Shown: one piece after another, positions 18,137 to 28,033 of the stretch
Layout: each line of letters starts with the position of its first letter
How positions within the stretch are numbered: the stretch's first letter is position 1
Origin: Candidatus Fervidifonticultor secundus
Lineage (GTDB): Bacteria > Sysuimicrobiota > Sysuimicrobiia > Sysuimicrobiales > Humicultoraceae
Reading direction: 5' to 3'
Length of the DNA: 64,000 nt
Assembly (NCBI GenBank): GCA_031459385.1
Contig: JAVKIP010000004.1
Location: 104,708-168,707, forward strand
Position numbers and translations under genes: made by a program
Notes under the pieces: generated by a model
Databases searched by the model: none
The model's input: only the letters and a program-made list of their open reading frames with translations
What the model was told of the DNA's origin: nothing

Positions 18137-19713
18137 CGACCCGGGCTGCCCTGCAGGCGCAGCCGTCACCGGCCTCCGCGGCCGCGGAGCGGCCGGTCAT
18201 CGTGCTGGACTTCGGCGCGCAGTACGCCCAGCTCATCGCGCGCCGCATCCGCGAAGCCCGCGTCTACAGCCTGATCCTGCCCTACGACACACCGGTCGCC
18301 CGGCTCCTGGCCTACCGGCCGCGGGGCATCCTGCTCTCCGGCGGGCCGGCCAGCGTCTACGAACCTGCCGCGCCGCGCGTAGATCCCGCGCTCTTCGCGG
18401 CCGGCATCCCCATCCTGGGCATCTGCTACGGCATGCAGCTCATGGCCCACCTGCTCGGCGGGCAGACCGCGGCGGCCGACCAGCGCGAGTACGGCCGCAC
18501 CCGGCTGTTCGTGGACGACGGGGCAGATCTCTTCGCCGGCCTGGAGCCGCGCCTCATCTGCTGGATGAGCCACGGCGACTCGGTCGTGGCCCTGCCGCCG
18601 GGCTTCGTCGCTCTGGCCCACACCGACCGCAGCCCCGTGGCGGCGATGGCCGACCGTTCCCGCCGGCTCTACGGCCTGCAGTTCCACCCCGAGGTCTCGC
18701 ACACGCCGTGGGGTCTCGAGGTGCTGCGCAACTTCCTCTACGGGATCTGCCGCTGCGAGCCCACCTGGACCATGGCGTCGTTCGTGGACCGGGCGGTGGG
18801 CGCCATCCGCGCGCAGGTGGGCGCCGGCCGTGCGCTGTGCGCCCTCTCGGGCGGGGTGGACTCGGCCACCGCCGCCGCGCTGGTCCACCGCGCCATCGGC
18901 GATCAGCTCGCGTGCGTCTTCGTCGACCACGGCCTGCTGCGCAAGGGCGAAGCCGAGCAGGTGATCGCGACGTTCCGGGACACCTTCCAGATCCCGCTGG
19001 TCCACGTGGACGCCCGCGAGCGGTTCCTGGCCCGTCTGCGGGGCGTGGTCGATCCCGAGCAGAAGCGTCGGATCATTGGGGAGGAGTTCGTGCGCGTCTT
19101 CGAGGACCAGGCCGCGCGGGTGGGGACGATCGACTTCCTCGTGCAGGGGACGCTGTATCCCGACGTGATCGAGAGCGGCACGCGCACCGCGGCGCGCATC
19201 AAGACCCACCACAACGTCGGCGGGCTCCCCGAGCGCATGCCCTTCCAGCTGGTGGAGCCATTCCGCGACCTCTTCAAGGACGAGGTGCGCGAGGTAGCGC
19301 GCCAGCTGGGGCTGCCCGACCGCATGGTCATGCGGCACCCGTTTCCGGGGCCCGGGCTGGCCATCCGCGTGCTGGGCGAGGTCACGGCCGAGAAGCTGGC
19401 GCTGCTGCGCGAGGCCGACGCCATCATCCTCGAGGAACTGCGGGAGGCCGGGTGGGCCGGGCAGCTCTGGCAGGCGTTCGGCGTACTGCTGCCCGTGTAC
19501 ACGGTCGGGGTCATGGGCGACGCGCGCACCTACGGGCAGGTGGTGGTCGTCCGCGCCGTCACCAGCGAGGACGGGATGACCGCCGATTGGGCGCGCCTGC
19601 CCGACGACGTCCTGGAGGCGATCGCCAGCCGCATCACCCGCGAGGTCCCGGGCATCACCCGGGTCGTCTACGACCTCACCAGCAAGCCGCCCGCGACGAT
19701 CGAGTGGGAGTAG
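18133..19713 (+). CDS. guaA: GMP synthase (glutamine-hydrolysing)
   Basis: '[17 protein letters not shown]', 'GICYGMQ', 'SGGVDS', 'IKTHHNVGG', 'KPPATIEWE'. Confidence 0.98.
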   Translation: MTTRAALQAQPSPASAAAERPVIVLDFGAQYAQLIARRIREARVYSLILPYDTPVARLLAYRPRGILLSGGPASVYEPAAPRVDPALFAAGIPILGICYGMQLMAHLLGGQTAAADQREYGRTRLFVDDGADLFAGLEPRLICWMSHGDSVVALPPGFVALAHTDRSPVAAMADRSRRLYGLQFHPEVSHTPWGLEVLRNFLYGICRCEPTWTMASFVDRAVGAIRAQVGAGRALCALSGGVDSATAAALVHRAIGDQLACVFVDHGLLRKGEAEQVIATFRDTFQIPLVHVDARERFLARLRGVVDPEQKRRIIGEEFVRVFEDQAARVGTIDFLVQGTLYPDVIESGTRTAARIKTHHNVGGLPERMPFQLVEPFRDLFKDEVREVARQLGLPDRMVMRHPFPGPGLAIRVLGEVTAEKLALLREADAIILEELREAGWAGQLWQAFGVLLPVYTVGVMGDARTYGQVVVVRAVTSEDGMTADWARLPDDVLEAIASRITREVPGITRVVYDLTSKPPATIEWE

Positions 19714-19751
19714 CCCGCGAGGCCGCCGGCCGATATAGTGGACGGCGGACG

Positions 19752-21905
19752 ATGGACCTGCTGGCCGACCTGAACCCCGAGCAACGCCAGGCGGTCACGC
19801 ACCCCGGGGGCCCGCTGCTGGTGCTCGCTGGCGCCGGGTCCGGCAAGACCCGGGTGCTGACCTACCGCATCGCGTACCTGATCCGCGCCCGGGACGTACC
19901 GCCGGCGCGCATCCTGGCCGTGACGTTCACCAACAGGGCCGCGGCCGAGATGCGCCAGCGGCTGGCGCTGCTGCTGGGCGGCGCCGTGGCGCGCCCCATG
20001 TGGATCGGCACGTTCCACGCCACCTGCAGCCGCATCCTGCGCCACCACGGCGCAGCGATCGGCATCCCGCCGACGTTTGCGGTCTACGACGAGGAGGATC
20101 AGCGCGGGGTGCTGCGGGAGGCGATGGAGGCCCTGGGCCTGGACGAGCGCCGGTACCCCCCGCAGGTACTCCACGCCCTGATCGGCCGGGCCAAGGACGA
20201 GGCGCTGGATGCCGACCGCTTCGCGGCGCGCGCGCGCACCTTCCTGGAGGAGGCTGCGGCGCGGGTCTGGCGCGTCTACGAGACGACGCTGCGCGCGCGG
20301 GGCGCGTTGGACTTCGACGATCTCATCTGCGAGGTCCTGCGGCTGTTCGACGCGCACCCGGACGTCCTGGCGACGTACCAGGAGCGCTTCCTCCACGTGC
20401 TGGTCGACGAGTACCAGGACACCAATCACGCGCAGTACCTGCTGGTGCGGGCGCTCGCCGGCCGACACCGGAACGTGACCGTCGTGGGCGATGACGACCA
20501 GAGCATCTACCGGTGGCGCGGCGCCGACGTCCGCAACATCCTGGAGTTCGAGCGCGACTACCCCGACGCCACAGTCATCACCCTGACCCAGAACTACCGC
20601 TCCACCAAGACGATCCTGGCTGCCGCGCACGGGGTGATCCAGCACAACCCGCACCGCCATCCCAAGGACCTCTGGACCGGGAACGAGGCCGGCGTGCCGA
20701 TCACCGTCTACGAGGCCGCGGACGGCGCCGATGAGGCGCAGTTCATCGTGGACGAGATCGTCTCGCACCGCGCAGCCGGCGGCCGGCTGCGCGACGTGGC
20801 GGTCCTGTACCGCACCAACGCCCAGTCCCGGTTGCTGGAGGAGGCGTGCCTGCGCGCCGGCCTCCCCTATCAGGTCGTGGGCGGGGTGCGGTTCTACGAA
20901 CGCCGGGAGGTCAAGGACCTGCTGGCGTACCTGCGCCTCGTGGTCAACCCCGACGACCTCACGAGCCTGCGGCGCGCCCTGGCCGCGCCCAGGCGCGGGG
21001 TGGGTGAAACCTCCCTGCAGCGCGTGATCGCCTACGCGCAGGCTGCCGGCTGCCCGGTGCTGGAGGCGATGCAGCGCCCCGAGGCACTGGCGGAGGTGGC
21101 GCGGCCTGCCGCCCGGGCGCTGGAGGCCTTCGCCCGGCTCATCGGCGAGTTGCGGGCGCTGGCCGCGCGGCTCCCGGCCAGCCAGGTCATCGCGCAGGCC
21201 ATGGTCCGCACGGGCTATCAGGCCATGCTGGAGGCCGAGGGCACCGATGATGCGCTTTCGCGGCTGGAGAACCTCCGTGAGCTGGTCACCGTAGCGCAGG
21301 AGGTGGAGGAGGCCACGGGCGAGATCGAGCTGGTGGCGTTCCTCCAGCACCTGGCGCTGGTGGCCGACGTGGACACGTACCGCGACGACCTGGACCGGGT
21401 GACGCTCATGACCCTGCACAGCGCCAAGGGGCTGGAGTTCCCCGTGGTCGTCATTGCGGGCCTGGAAGAGGGTCTGTGTCCCCACGCGCGGGCCATAGAA
21501 GAGGAGGGGGGCCTGGACGAGGAACGGCGCCTGTGCTACGTGGGGTTCACGCGCGCCAAGCGCCGCCTGATCCTCACCCATGCCCGGACCCGCGTGGTCT
21601 TCGGCACCACCCACCTGGCCATCCCGTCGCGGTTCCTGGACGAGATCCCCGAGGCGCTGGTCGCCGTGGCGCCGCCCCGCGAGCAGTGGGCCGTCCCCGC
21701 GGGCGGCGCCGCGCGTGCGGGGGGCGCTCCCCGCGGTACCGTCCGGACGCCGGACGTCGGCGCCCGCGTCCGCCACGCCAGGTTCGGTGAGGGGCAGGTG
21801 CTGGAGGTGGAAGGTGAGGGCGCAGGGGCGATCGTCACCGTGCGCTTCGCGGGCGCGGTCAGGCGCCTGGCGCTGGCCTATGCTCCGCTCGAACCCGCCG
21901 ACTGA
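19752..21905 (+). CDS. pcrA: ATP-dependent DNA helicase PcrA/UvrD
   Basis: 'LAGAGSGKT', 'VDEYQDTN', 'QNYRS', 'TLHSAKGLEF'; C-terminal Tudor-like 'VRHARFGEG'. Confidence 0.96.
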   Translation: MDLLADLNPEQRQAVTHPGGPLLVLAGAGSGKTRVLTYRIAYLIRARDVPPARILAVTFTNRAAAEMRQRLALLLGGAVARPMWIGTFHATCSRILRHHGAAIGIPPTFAVYDEEDQRGVLREAMEALGLDERRYPPQVLHALIGRAKDEALDADRFAARARTFLEEAAARVWRVYETTLRARGALDFDDLICEVLRLFDAHPDVLATYQERFLHVLVDEYQDTNHAQYLLVRALAGRHRNVTVVGDDDQSIYRWRGADVRNILEFERDYPDATVITLTQNYRSTKTILAAAHGVIQHNPHRHPKDLWTGNEAGVPITVYEAADGADEAQFIVDEIVSHRAAGGRLRDVAVLYRTNAQSRLLEEACLRAGLPYQVVGGVRFYERREVKDLLAYLRLVVNPDDLTSLRRALAAPRRGVGETSLQRVIAYAQAAGCPVLEAMQRPEALAEVARPAARALEAFARLIGELRALAARLPASQVIAQAMVRTGYQAMLEAEGTDDALSRLENLRELVTVAQEVEEATGEIELVAFLQHLALVADVDTYRDDLDRVTLMTLHSAKGLEFPVVVIAGLEEGLCPHARAIEEEGGLDEERRLCYVGFTRAKRRLILTHARTRVVFGTTHLAIPSRFLDEIPEALVAVAPPREQWAVPAGGAARAGGAPRGTVRTPDVGARVRHARFGEGQVLEVEGEGAGAIVTVRFAGAVRRLALAYAPLEPAD

Positions 21906-22035
21906 GCACGGCGTGACCGCGACGCCGCACGGGGTTTCGGTGACCGACGATCCTGCTATGCTGGTGGTACGATCACCGCGCCGACGCCCGTGGCAGCGGC
22001 GGAACGGGCGACGGCAGGGAGGGCGAGCGCGTCCC

Positions 22036-23769
22036 ATGGTGTCGAGACGGCTGATGGTGGTGCTGGTCGTGACAGCCGTGGCCCTGGCTCCGGCGATGGC
22101 GCAGGGTGGCGCCGCGCCGGGGCTGTCGGCGCCCAAGGTGATGGAGGCCCCCGACGTGGGCAGGGCCGGGGGCACCTTCGTGGTGACCTCGATCTCCGAC
22201 CCCCGCACCTTCAACCTGATCGTCGCCCAGGAGACCTCGTCCACCGTGCCGCTGGGCTATCTGTTCGAGAGCCTGGCCGAGACGAACCGGATCACGACCG
22301 AGGTCGAACCCAACCTGGCCGAGTCGTGGACGGTGAGCCGGGACGGGCGCACCTGGACGTTCACGCTGCGCCGCGGCGTGCAGTGGTTCGACGGCCGGCC
22401 GGTCACGGCCGACGACGTCGTCTTCACCATGGATGCGATCTTCACCCCGGGCGTGCAGTCCAGCTACCCTGACGTGCTCACCATCGCCGGCAAGCGCATT
22501 CAGTACCGGAAGGTCGACGACTACACCGTCGAGTTCCGTACCGAGCAGCCGTTCGGTCCCTTCCTGCGCACGGTGGGTGGCATCGCGCCCATCCCCAGAC
22601 ACCGGCTGGAGCCGGTGCTGCGGGCGGGCGCCGCCGAGTTCAACCGGGCCTGGGGCATCAACACGCCGCCGCGCGAGCTGATCGGCAACGGCCCCTTCGT
22701 GATGCAGACCTACACGCCCGGCCAGCGGATCGTCTATCTGCGCAACGACAAGTACTGGAAGGTGGACAAGCGCGGGCAGCGGCTGCCCTACCTGGCCCGG
22801 CTGGTGATCGAGATCGTGCCCAACCTGGACGCTGCCCGGCTGAAGTTCCTGGCCCGCGAGACCGACGTCTACGGTGCCCGGCCCCGCGAGTACGCCGAGT
22901 TCCGGGCGATGCAGCAGCAGCACAACTTCACGATCTTCGACGGGCCGCCGGCGTTCGGCACCGAGTTCCTGATGTTCAACCAGAACCCGGCCGGCGTGCG
23001 CCCGCCCAAGCTGACCTGGTTCCAGAGCGTCAAGTTCCGCCAGGCAGTGAGCCACGCCATCGACCGGGACGCCATCGTGCGGCAGGTGTACGCCGGGCGG
23101 GCCACGCCCCAGTTCGGACCGGTGAGCCCCGCCAACAAGTTCTTCTTCAACCCCAACGTGCGCAAGTATCCGTATGACCTCGCCCGGGCCGAGGCTCTGC
23201 TGCGCGAGGCCGGGTTCGCCAGGGGGGCCGACGGCCTGCTCCGCGATGGCCAGGGGAACGTCGTGGAGTTCACCATCGCCACCAACGCGGGCAACACCGA
23301 GCGCGAGGCGATCGGCAACCTGATCCGGCAGGACCTGGCCCGGCTGGGCATGCGGGTCGTCTTCGCCCCGGAGGCCTTCAACACCCTGGTGGGCAAGCTG
23401 ACGGGAACGTACAACTGGGAGGCGATGATCCTGGGGCTGACGGGCGGCCTGGACCCGCACAACGGGCAGAACGTCTGGAAGTCCAGCGGCTCGCTGCACA
23501 TGTGGTGGCCCAAGCAGGAGCGCCCCGCCACCGACTGGGAGGCCGAGATCGACCGGCTCTTCGACCAGGCGGCGACCACCGTCGACCAGGAGAAGCGCCG
23601 GCAGCTCTACTTCCGCTGGCAGGAGATCGTGGCGGAGCATGTCCCGGTCATCTACACCGCCGCGACGCTCACCCAGCCGGCGTTCCGGAACACGCTGGGC
23701 AACTTCAGCCCCGGCCCGCTGGCGTTCTACGACGTCGAGACGATCTACTACCGGACGCCGTACCGGTAG
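22036..23769 (+). CDS. Peptide/nickel ABC transporter substrate-binding protein (family 5)
   Basis: Signal peptide AMA-Q; 'DPRTFN', 'PNLAESW...WTFTLRRGVQWFDGRPVTADDV'. Confidence 0.92.
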   Translation: MVSRRLMVVLVVTAVALAPAMAQGGAAPGLSAPKVMEAPDVGRAGGTFVVTSISDPRTFNLIVAQETSSTVPLGYLFESLAETNRITTEVEPNLAESWTVSRDGRTWTFTLRRGVQWFDGRPVTADDVVFTMDAIFTPGVQSSYPDVLTIAGKRIQYRKVDDYTVEFRTEQPFGPFLRTVGGIAPIPRHRLEPVLRAGAAEFNRAWGINTPPRELIGNGPFVMQTYTPGQRIVYLRNDKYWKVDKRGQRLPYLARLVIEIVPNLDAARLKFLARETDVYGARPREYAEFRAMQQQHNFTIFDGPPAFGTEFLMFNQNPAGVRPPKLTWFQSVKFRQAVSHAIDRDAIVRQVYAGRATPQFGPVSPANKFFFNPNVRKYPYDLARAEALLREAGFARGADGLLRDGQGNVVEFTIATNAGNTEREAIGNLIRQDLARLGMRVVFAPEAFNTLVGKLTGTYNWEAMILGLTGGLDPHNGQNVWKSSGSLHMWWPKQERPATDWEAEIDRLFDQAATTVDQEKRRQLYFRWQEIVAEHVPVIYTAATLTQPAFRNTLGNFSPGPLAFYDVETIYYRTPYR

Positions 23770-23811
23770 CGGACCGGGTCGGCGGGCCGCGGGGCCCGCC
23801 GGCGGCGCCTG

Positions 23812-24777
23812 ATGCTGCGGCACATCCTGCGGCGGTTCCTCCAGATGATCCCCATGCTCCTGGGGATCACGCTGGTCTCGTTCGCCATCATCCAGCTCTC
23901 GCCGGGCGACTTCCTGGCCGAGATGCGCCTGAACCCCATCGTCAGCCCCCAGACCGTGGAGCAGATGCGCCGCACCTTCGGCCTCGACCAGCCCCTGCAC
24001 GTGCAGTACCTCAAGTGGCTGTGGAACGCCGCGCGCCTGGACTTCGGCTACTCGTTCGCCTACCACGTGCCGGTGATGTGGCTGATCGGCTCGCGGCTGC
24101 TCAACACCCTGGTGCTCAACGTCGTGGCCCTGGCGGTGGCATGGGCGATCGCGATCCCGCTGGGCATCCACGCCGCGCGGCGGCAGTACAGCTGGTCGGA
24201 CAACACGCTGTCGTTCGCCGCCTACGTCGGGATCTCGACGCCCACGTTCTTCTCGGGGCTGTTTTTGCTCTACTGGGCGTTCAAGACCGGATGGCTGCCC
24301 ATCGGCGGCATGACCAGCATCAACTTCGACGACCTGACGTGGTGGCAGAAGGGACTGGACGTGGCCCACCACATGGTCATCCCGGTGCTGGTCCTGGGGG
24401 TCTTCTCGGTGGCCGGCCTGATGCGGCAGATGCGCGCCAACCTCCTGGAGGTCCTGCGCCAGGACTACGTGCGCACCGCCCGCGCCAAGGGGCTGCCGGA
24501 ACCCGTGGTGCTCAACAAGCACGCGGTCCGCAACGCCATCAACCCGCTCATCACGATCTTCGGCTTCGAGCTGGGCGGTCTGCTGGGTGGCTCGGCGATC
24601 CTGGAGAACGTCATCGGCTGGCCGGGGCTGGGCAAGCTCATCGTCGAGGCGGTGCTTCAGAAGGACCTCTACGTGGTCATGGCATCGTTGGTCATCGGGT
24701 CGGTGATGCTGGTCGTCGGCAACCTGATCGCCGACATCCTGCTGGCCTACAGCGACCCGCGGATCCGGTACGACTGA
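23812..24777 (+). CDS. Peptide ABC transporter permease (OppB/DppB-like)
   Basis: 'GLDQPL..QY', 'QDYVRTARAKGL', 'DPRIRY'. Confidence 0.93.
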   Translation: MLRHILRRFLQMIPMLLGITLVSFAIIQLSPGDFLAEMRLNPIVSPQTVEQMRRTFGLDQPLHVQYLKWLWNAARLDFGYSFAYHVPVMWLIGSRLLNTLVLNVVALAVAWAIAIPLGIHAARRQYSWSDNTLSFAAYVGISTPTFFSGLFLLYWAFKTGWLPIGGMTSINFDDLTWWQKGLDVAHHMVIPVLVLGVFSVAGLMRQMRANLLEVLRQDYVRTARAKGLPEPVVLNKHAVRNAINPLITIFGFELGGLLGGSAILENVIGWPGLGKLIVEAVLQKDLYVVMASLVIGSVMLVVGNLIADILLAYSDPRIRYD

Positions 24778-24784
24778 GGGGACG

Positions 24785-25912
24785 ATGGCGCAGGACGTGG
24801 TGCGACCCACGACGCGCCGGCGGGCTGCCGCAGAGCCGGCGGTGGTGCGGACCCCGGCGCAGCTGGCGTGGCGGCAGCTGCGCAAGCACCGCATGGCGCT
24901 GGCCGGCGGTGCTGTGCTGGCGTTGCTCTACACGATGGTGCTGCTGGCCGAGTTCATCGCGCCCTACGGGCTCGACTTCACCGACCGCGACCGGTTTTAC
25001 CATCCGCCGACCCTGCCCATGGTCCGCGACGCGCAGGGATGGAGCCTGCGCCCCTTCGTCCACCTGACCACCTTGCAGGATCCCGGGCTGCGCACGTACA
25101 CGGCCGATCCGACGCGGCGCTACTACCTGCGCGTCCTGGTCCGCGGCGAGCCGTACCGACTGTTCGGCGTGATCCCGTCGTCGTGGCACCTGTTCGGGGT
25201 GGACCCGCCGGCGCGCATCTTCCTCATGGGGACCGACCAGTCGGGCCGCGACCAGTTCAGCCGCATCATGTACGGCTCCCGGATCTCCATGTCCATTGGC
25301 GTCTTCGCCGCCGCCATCACCATCCCCATCGGCATGCTCTACGGCGGCATCGCGGGCTACTACGGCGGCCGTGTCGACAACCTCATGATGCGGGCCGCCG
25401 AGATCATCATGGCGTTTCCGGGCTTCTACCTGCTGCTGGCGCTGTCGGCCGTGCTGCCCACCAACGTGGGGTGCACCACCCGGTTCTACCTCATCACCGT
25501 CATCCTGGCGTTTCTCGGCTGGGCCGGCTTCTCGCGCCTGATCCGGGGCATGGTGCTGGCGCTCAAGGCCCAGGAGTACGTGCTGGCCGCCAAGGCGGCG
25601 GGTATGAACGACCTGCCCATCATCGTCCGCCACATTTTGCCCAACACGGCGTCGCTGGTCATCGTGGTGGCGACGCTCGGTATCCCCGGCGCGATCCTGG
25701 GCGAGTCGGCGCTGTCGTTCTTCGGCTTCGGCGTGCGCGAGCCGTGCGCGTCGTGGGGAAACCTGCTGACGGCCGCGTCCAACCTGCCCACGCTGATGCT
25801 CTCGCCGTGGCTGCTCTTCCCGGGCCTGTTCATCATCGCGGCCGTGGTGGCCTTCAACCTGTTCGGCGACGGGCTGCGCGACGCGCTGGACCCGCGGCTG
25901 CGGACCGGGTAG
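24785..25912 (+). CDS. Peptide ABC transporter permease (OppC/DppC-like)
   Basis: 'GTDQSGRD.FSR', 'EYVLAAKAAG', 'RHILPN', 'GDGLRDALDPR'. Confidence 0.93.
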   Translation: MAQDVVRPTTRRRAAAEPAVVRTPAQLAWRQLRKHRMALAGGAVLALLYTMVLLAEFIAPYGLDFTDRDRFYHPPTLPMVRDAQGWSLRPFVHLTTLQDPGLRTYTADPTRRYYLRVLVRGEPYRLFGVIPSSWHLFGVDPPARIFLMGTDQSGRDQFSRIMYGSRISMSIGVFAAAITIPIGMLYGGIAGYYGGRVDNLMMRAAEIIMAFPGFYLLLALSAVLPTNVGCTTRFYLITVILAFLGWAGFSRLIRGMVLALKAQEYVLAAKAAGMNDLPIIVRHILPNTASLVIVVATLGIPGAILGESALSFFGFGVREPCASWGNLLTAASNLPTLMLSPWLLFPGLFIIAAVVAFNLFGDGLRDALDPRLRTG

Positions 25913-25962
25913 CGGTGCGGGGCGACGCCGTCCCCCTCCGCGGAGAGGGCGGGAACCGGGCC

Positions 25963-27426
25963 ATGGGCGCGGCCGCACCCGGGGCCGCCTCGCCGACTGC
26001 CGCCTCGCCCGGTGCGCCCACGCCTGCATGGGCCGCCCTGGCGGTCGGTCTGCTCGTCGGCGGCATGACGGCGCTGCGGGTGGCGCTCGCGGCGCGCCTC
26101 CCCCTGATCCACGACGAGGCGTACTACTGGCTGTGGGCCCGGCGGCTGGACTGGAGCTATGTGGACCACCCACCGCTCGTGGCCTGGCTCCTGGCCCTGA
26201 CCCGGCCGCTGGGCGATGCCGCGGTGTGGGTCCGGTTGCCGGCGGTCGCGCTGGGGCTGGGGACGACCTGGGCCCTGTACCTGCTGGCCCGCGACCTTTT
26301 CGGCGCCCGCGCCGGGCTGCGCGCGGTCGTGCTGTTCCAGGTGGCGCCCGTCCTGGGCGCGGGGGGCCTGATGATGACCCCCGATGCGCCCATGTACCTG
26401 GCGTGGGCCGTGGCGCTCCGGCTGGCCTGGGCGGCGCTCAACGGTCGCCCGCGGCGGTGGGCCGGCGCCGGCGCCGCGATTGGGCTGGCGCTGCTCGGCA
26501 AGCTCTATGCTGTCACGCTAGGCACCGGCGTGGCGGCATACCTGCTGGCGAGCGACCGCGCCTGGCTGCGCCGGCGCGAGCCGTACATCGCCGCCGCGCT
26601 GGCCGCGCTCGTGCTGGCGCCGGTCGTCTACTGGAACATCGTCCACGACTGGGCGGCGCTGCGCTTTCTCGTCTACTACCGCACGGAGATCGGCGCGCCG
26701 CCAGGGGCCGGCGCGTACGGACGGCTCCTGACCCAGCACCTGCCGCTGGTGCTGTTCCTGCTGCCGGCGTTTGCGTGGGCGCTGTGGACGACCTGGACGC
26801 GGAGGCAAGACCGCACGTGGGCGTTCCTCTTCTGGACGGCGCTGCCGGCCGTGGTGGCGCCCTTTCTCGTGGCTCCTCTGGGCGCGGCCCGGGGGCACTG
26901 GATGGGGCCGGCGTACCTGGGGCTGGCGGTCGCCCTAGCCGGTCTGTGGCGGTGGTGGGTCACCGCACTGGCCCTGGCGAACGCCGCGGTCCTGGCAGCG
27001 TTCGCCGCGGTCGTGCTGCTGCCCTGGGGCCCCGTGGTTCCCGGCGCGCGGGAGTTCTACGGGTGGAAGGAGGCCGGGGAGCGGGCCGCAGCCGTTGCCG
27101 CCCGGCTCGGCCCGGCCGCGGTGATCGTGGCCGACCGCTACCAGGTAGCCGCCCAACTGGGCTACCACACGCGTGATAGGGTGCCGGTGGTGCTGCTGCC
27201 GGAGGCCCCTCCCGGCTCGATCTGGCCTGCGGCGGCGGCCTACGCGGGTCGGCCGGGAGTTGTCGTCACCTATGCTCCGGAGCGGTTCAGCCTGGAGGGA
27301 TGTCTGGAGGGAGTGGAAGGCCTGCCGTCTTTGTCGATCGATCTGAAGGGGCGGGCCATACAAGAGTTTAGGCTATTTACCTTTTCTCGGTTGAAGCCTG
27401 GCTGCATTGGCTCGGTCACGCCTTAG
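25963..27426 (+). CDS. GT-C (family 39/PMT-like) membrane glycosyltransferase
   Basis: 'DEAYYWLW.RRLDWSYVDHPPLVAW', 'TPDAP', 'GLALLGK'. Confidence 0.85.
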   Translation: MGAAAPGAASPTAASPGAPTPAWAALAVGLLVGGMTALRVALAARLPLIHDEAYYWLWARRLDWSYVDHPPLVAWLLALTRPLGDAAVWVRLPAVALGLGTTWALYLLARDLFGARAGLRAVVLFQVAPVLGAGGLMMTPDAPMYLAWAVALRLAWAALNGRPRRWAGAGAAIGLALLGKLYAVTLGTGVAAYLLASDRAWLRRREPYIAAALAALVLAPVVYWNIVHDWAALRFLVYYRTEIGAPPGAGAYGRLLTQHLPLVLFLLPAFAWALWTTWTRRQDRTWAFLFWTALPAVVAPFLVAPLGAARGHWMGPAYLGLAVALAGLWRWWVTALALANAAVLAAFAAVVLLPWGPVVPGAREFYGWKEAGERAAAVAARLGPAAVIVADRYQVAAQLGYHTRDRVPVVLLPEAPPGSIWPAAAAYAGRPGVVVTYAPERFSLEGCLEGVEGLPSLSIDLKGRAIQEFRLFTFSRLKPGCIGSVTP

Positions 27427-27585
27427 AGTGTGAGCGATCCTCCGCTGACCGTACCCGCTGACAACCACCCAGGAGCGCCACTGCTTGCCATCCAGGGAAC
27501 CACCGAGGAACCACCAACAGGATTTTCGACGTATAGTGCAGTAGACAACAGTATATATATATCGCTATGCGGGATAGTCGGAAAA

Positions 27586-27969
27586 ATGACCTCGGCGAGG
27601 AACCGGCAAGGAGGGCAAGGAGGAGGAGATGCTGGGCCGCTCATGACGGTCGACCAGGTGGCCCGGTATCTCCAGCTCAACCGTCTCACAGTCTACCGCT
27701 ACATCCGCGAAGGACGCCTCCCGGCGTCGCGGATCGGGAAAGTGTATCGGATCAGGGTGGATGACGTCGAGCGGTTCCTGGAGGCGCGCAAGGTTGCCGG
27801 CGCGCGCACGGAGGCACCTCGCCCGGAAGCCGCGGGGGTCACACGCCGCGCGCGCATCCCGGAGGAGGAGATCGCCGTGGCGCCTGCGCGCCCGGAGCGT
27901 CGTCGCGGCGGCGAGGCCGCCCGGCTCGACGACGATCCGCTCGAGGTCATCTTGCGAGGGTTGCACTAG
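27586..27969 (+). CDS. Excisionase-family (HTH_17/Xis-like) DNA-binding protein
   Basis: 'LMTVDQVARYLQLNRLTVYRYIREGRLPASRIGKVYRI..DDVERFL'; start is 27586 or 27643. Confidence 0.85.
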   Translation: MTSARNRQGGQGGGDAGPLMTVDQVARYLQLNRLTVYRYIREGRLPASRIGKVYRIRVDDVERFLEARKVAGARTEAPRPEAAGVTRRARIPEEEIAVAPARPERRRGGEAARLDDDPLEVILRGLH

Positions 27970-28033
27970 ACCGGGGCACGGGAGCGGGCGTCCCGGCGGG
28001 CATGTCACTACATCGGCAAGGAGGAGATCCACC

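Noticed and set aside
27586..27969. Excisionase as evidence of a prophage
   Set aside because: No phage genes, integrase or att repeats are nearby; the context is a transporter operon.
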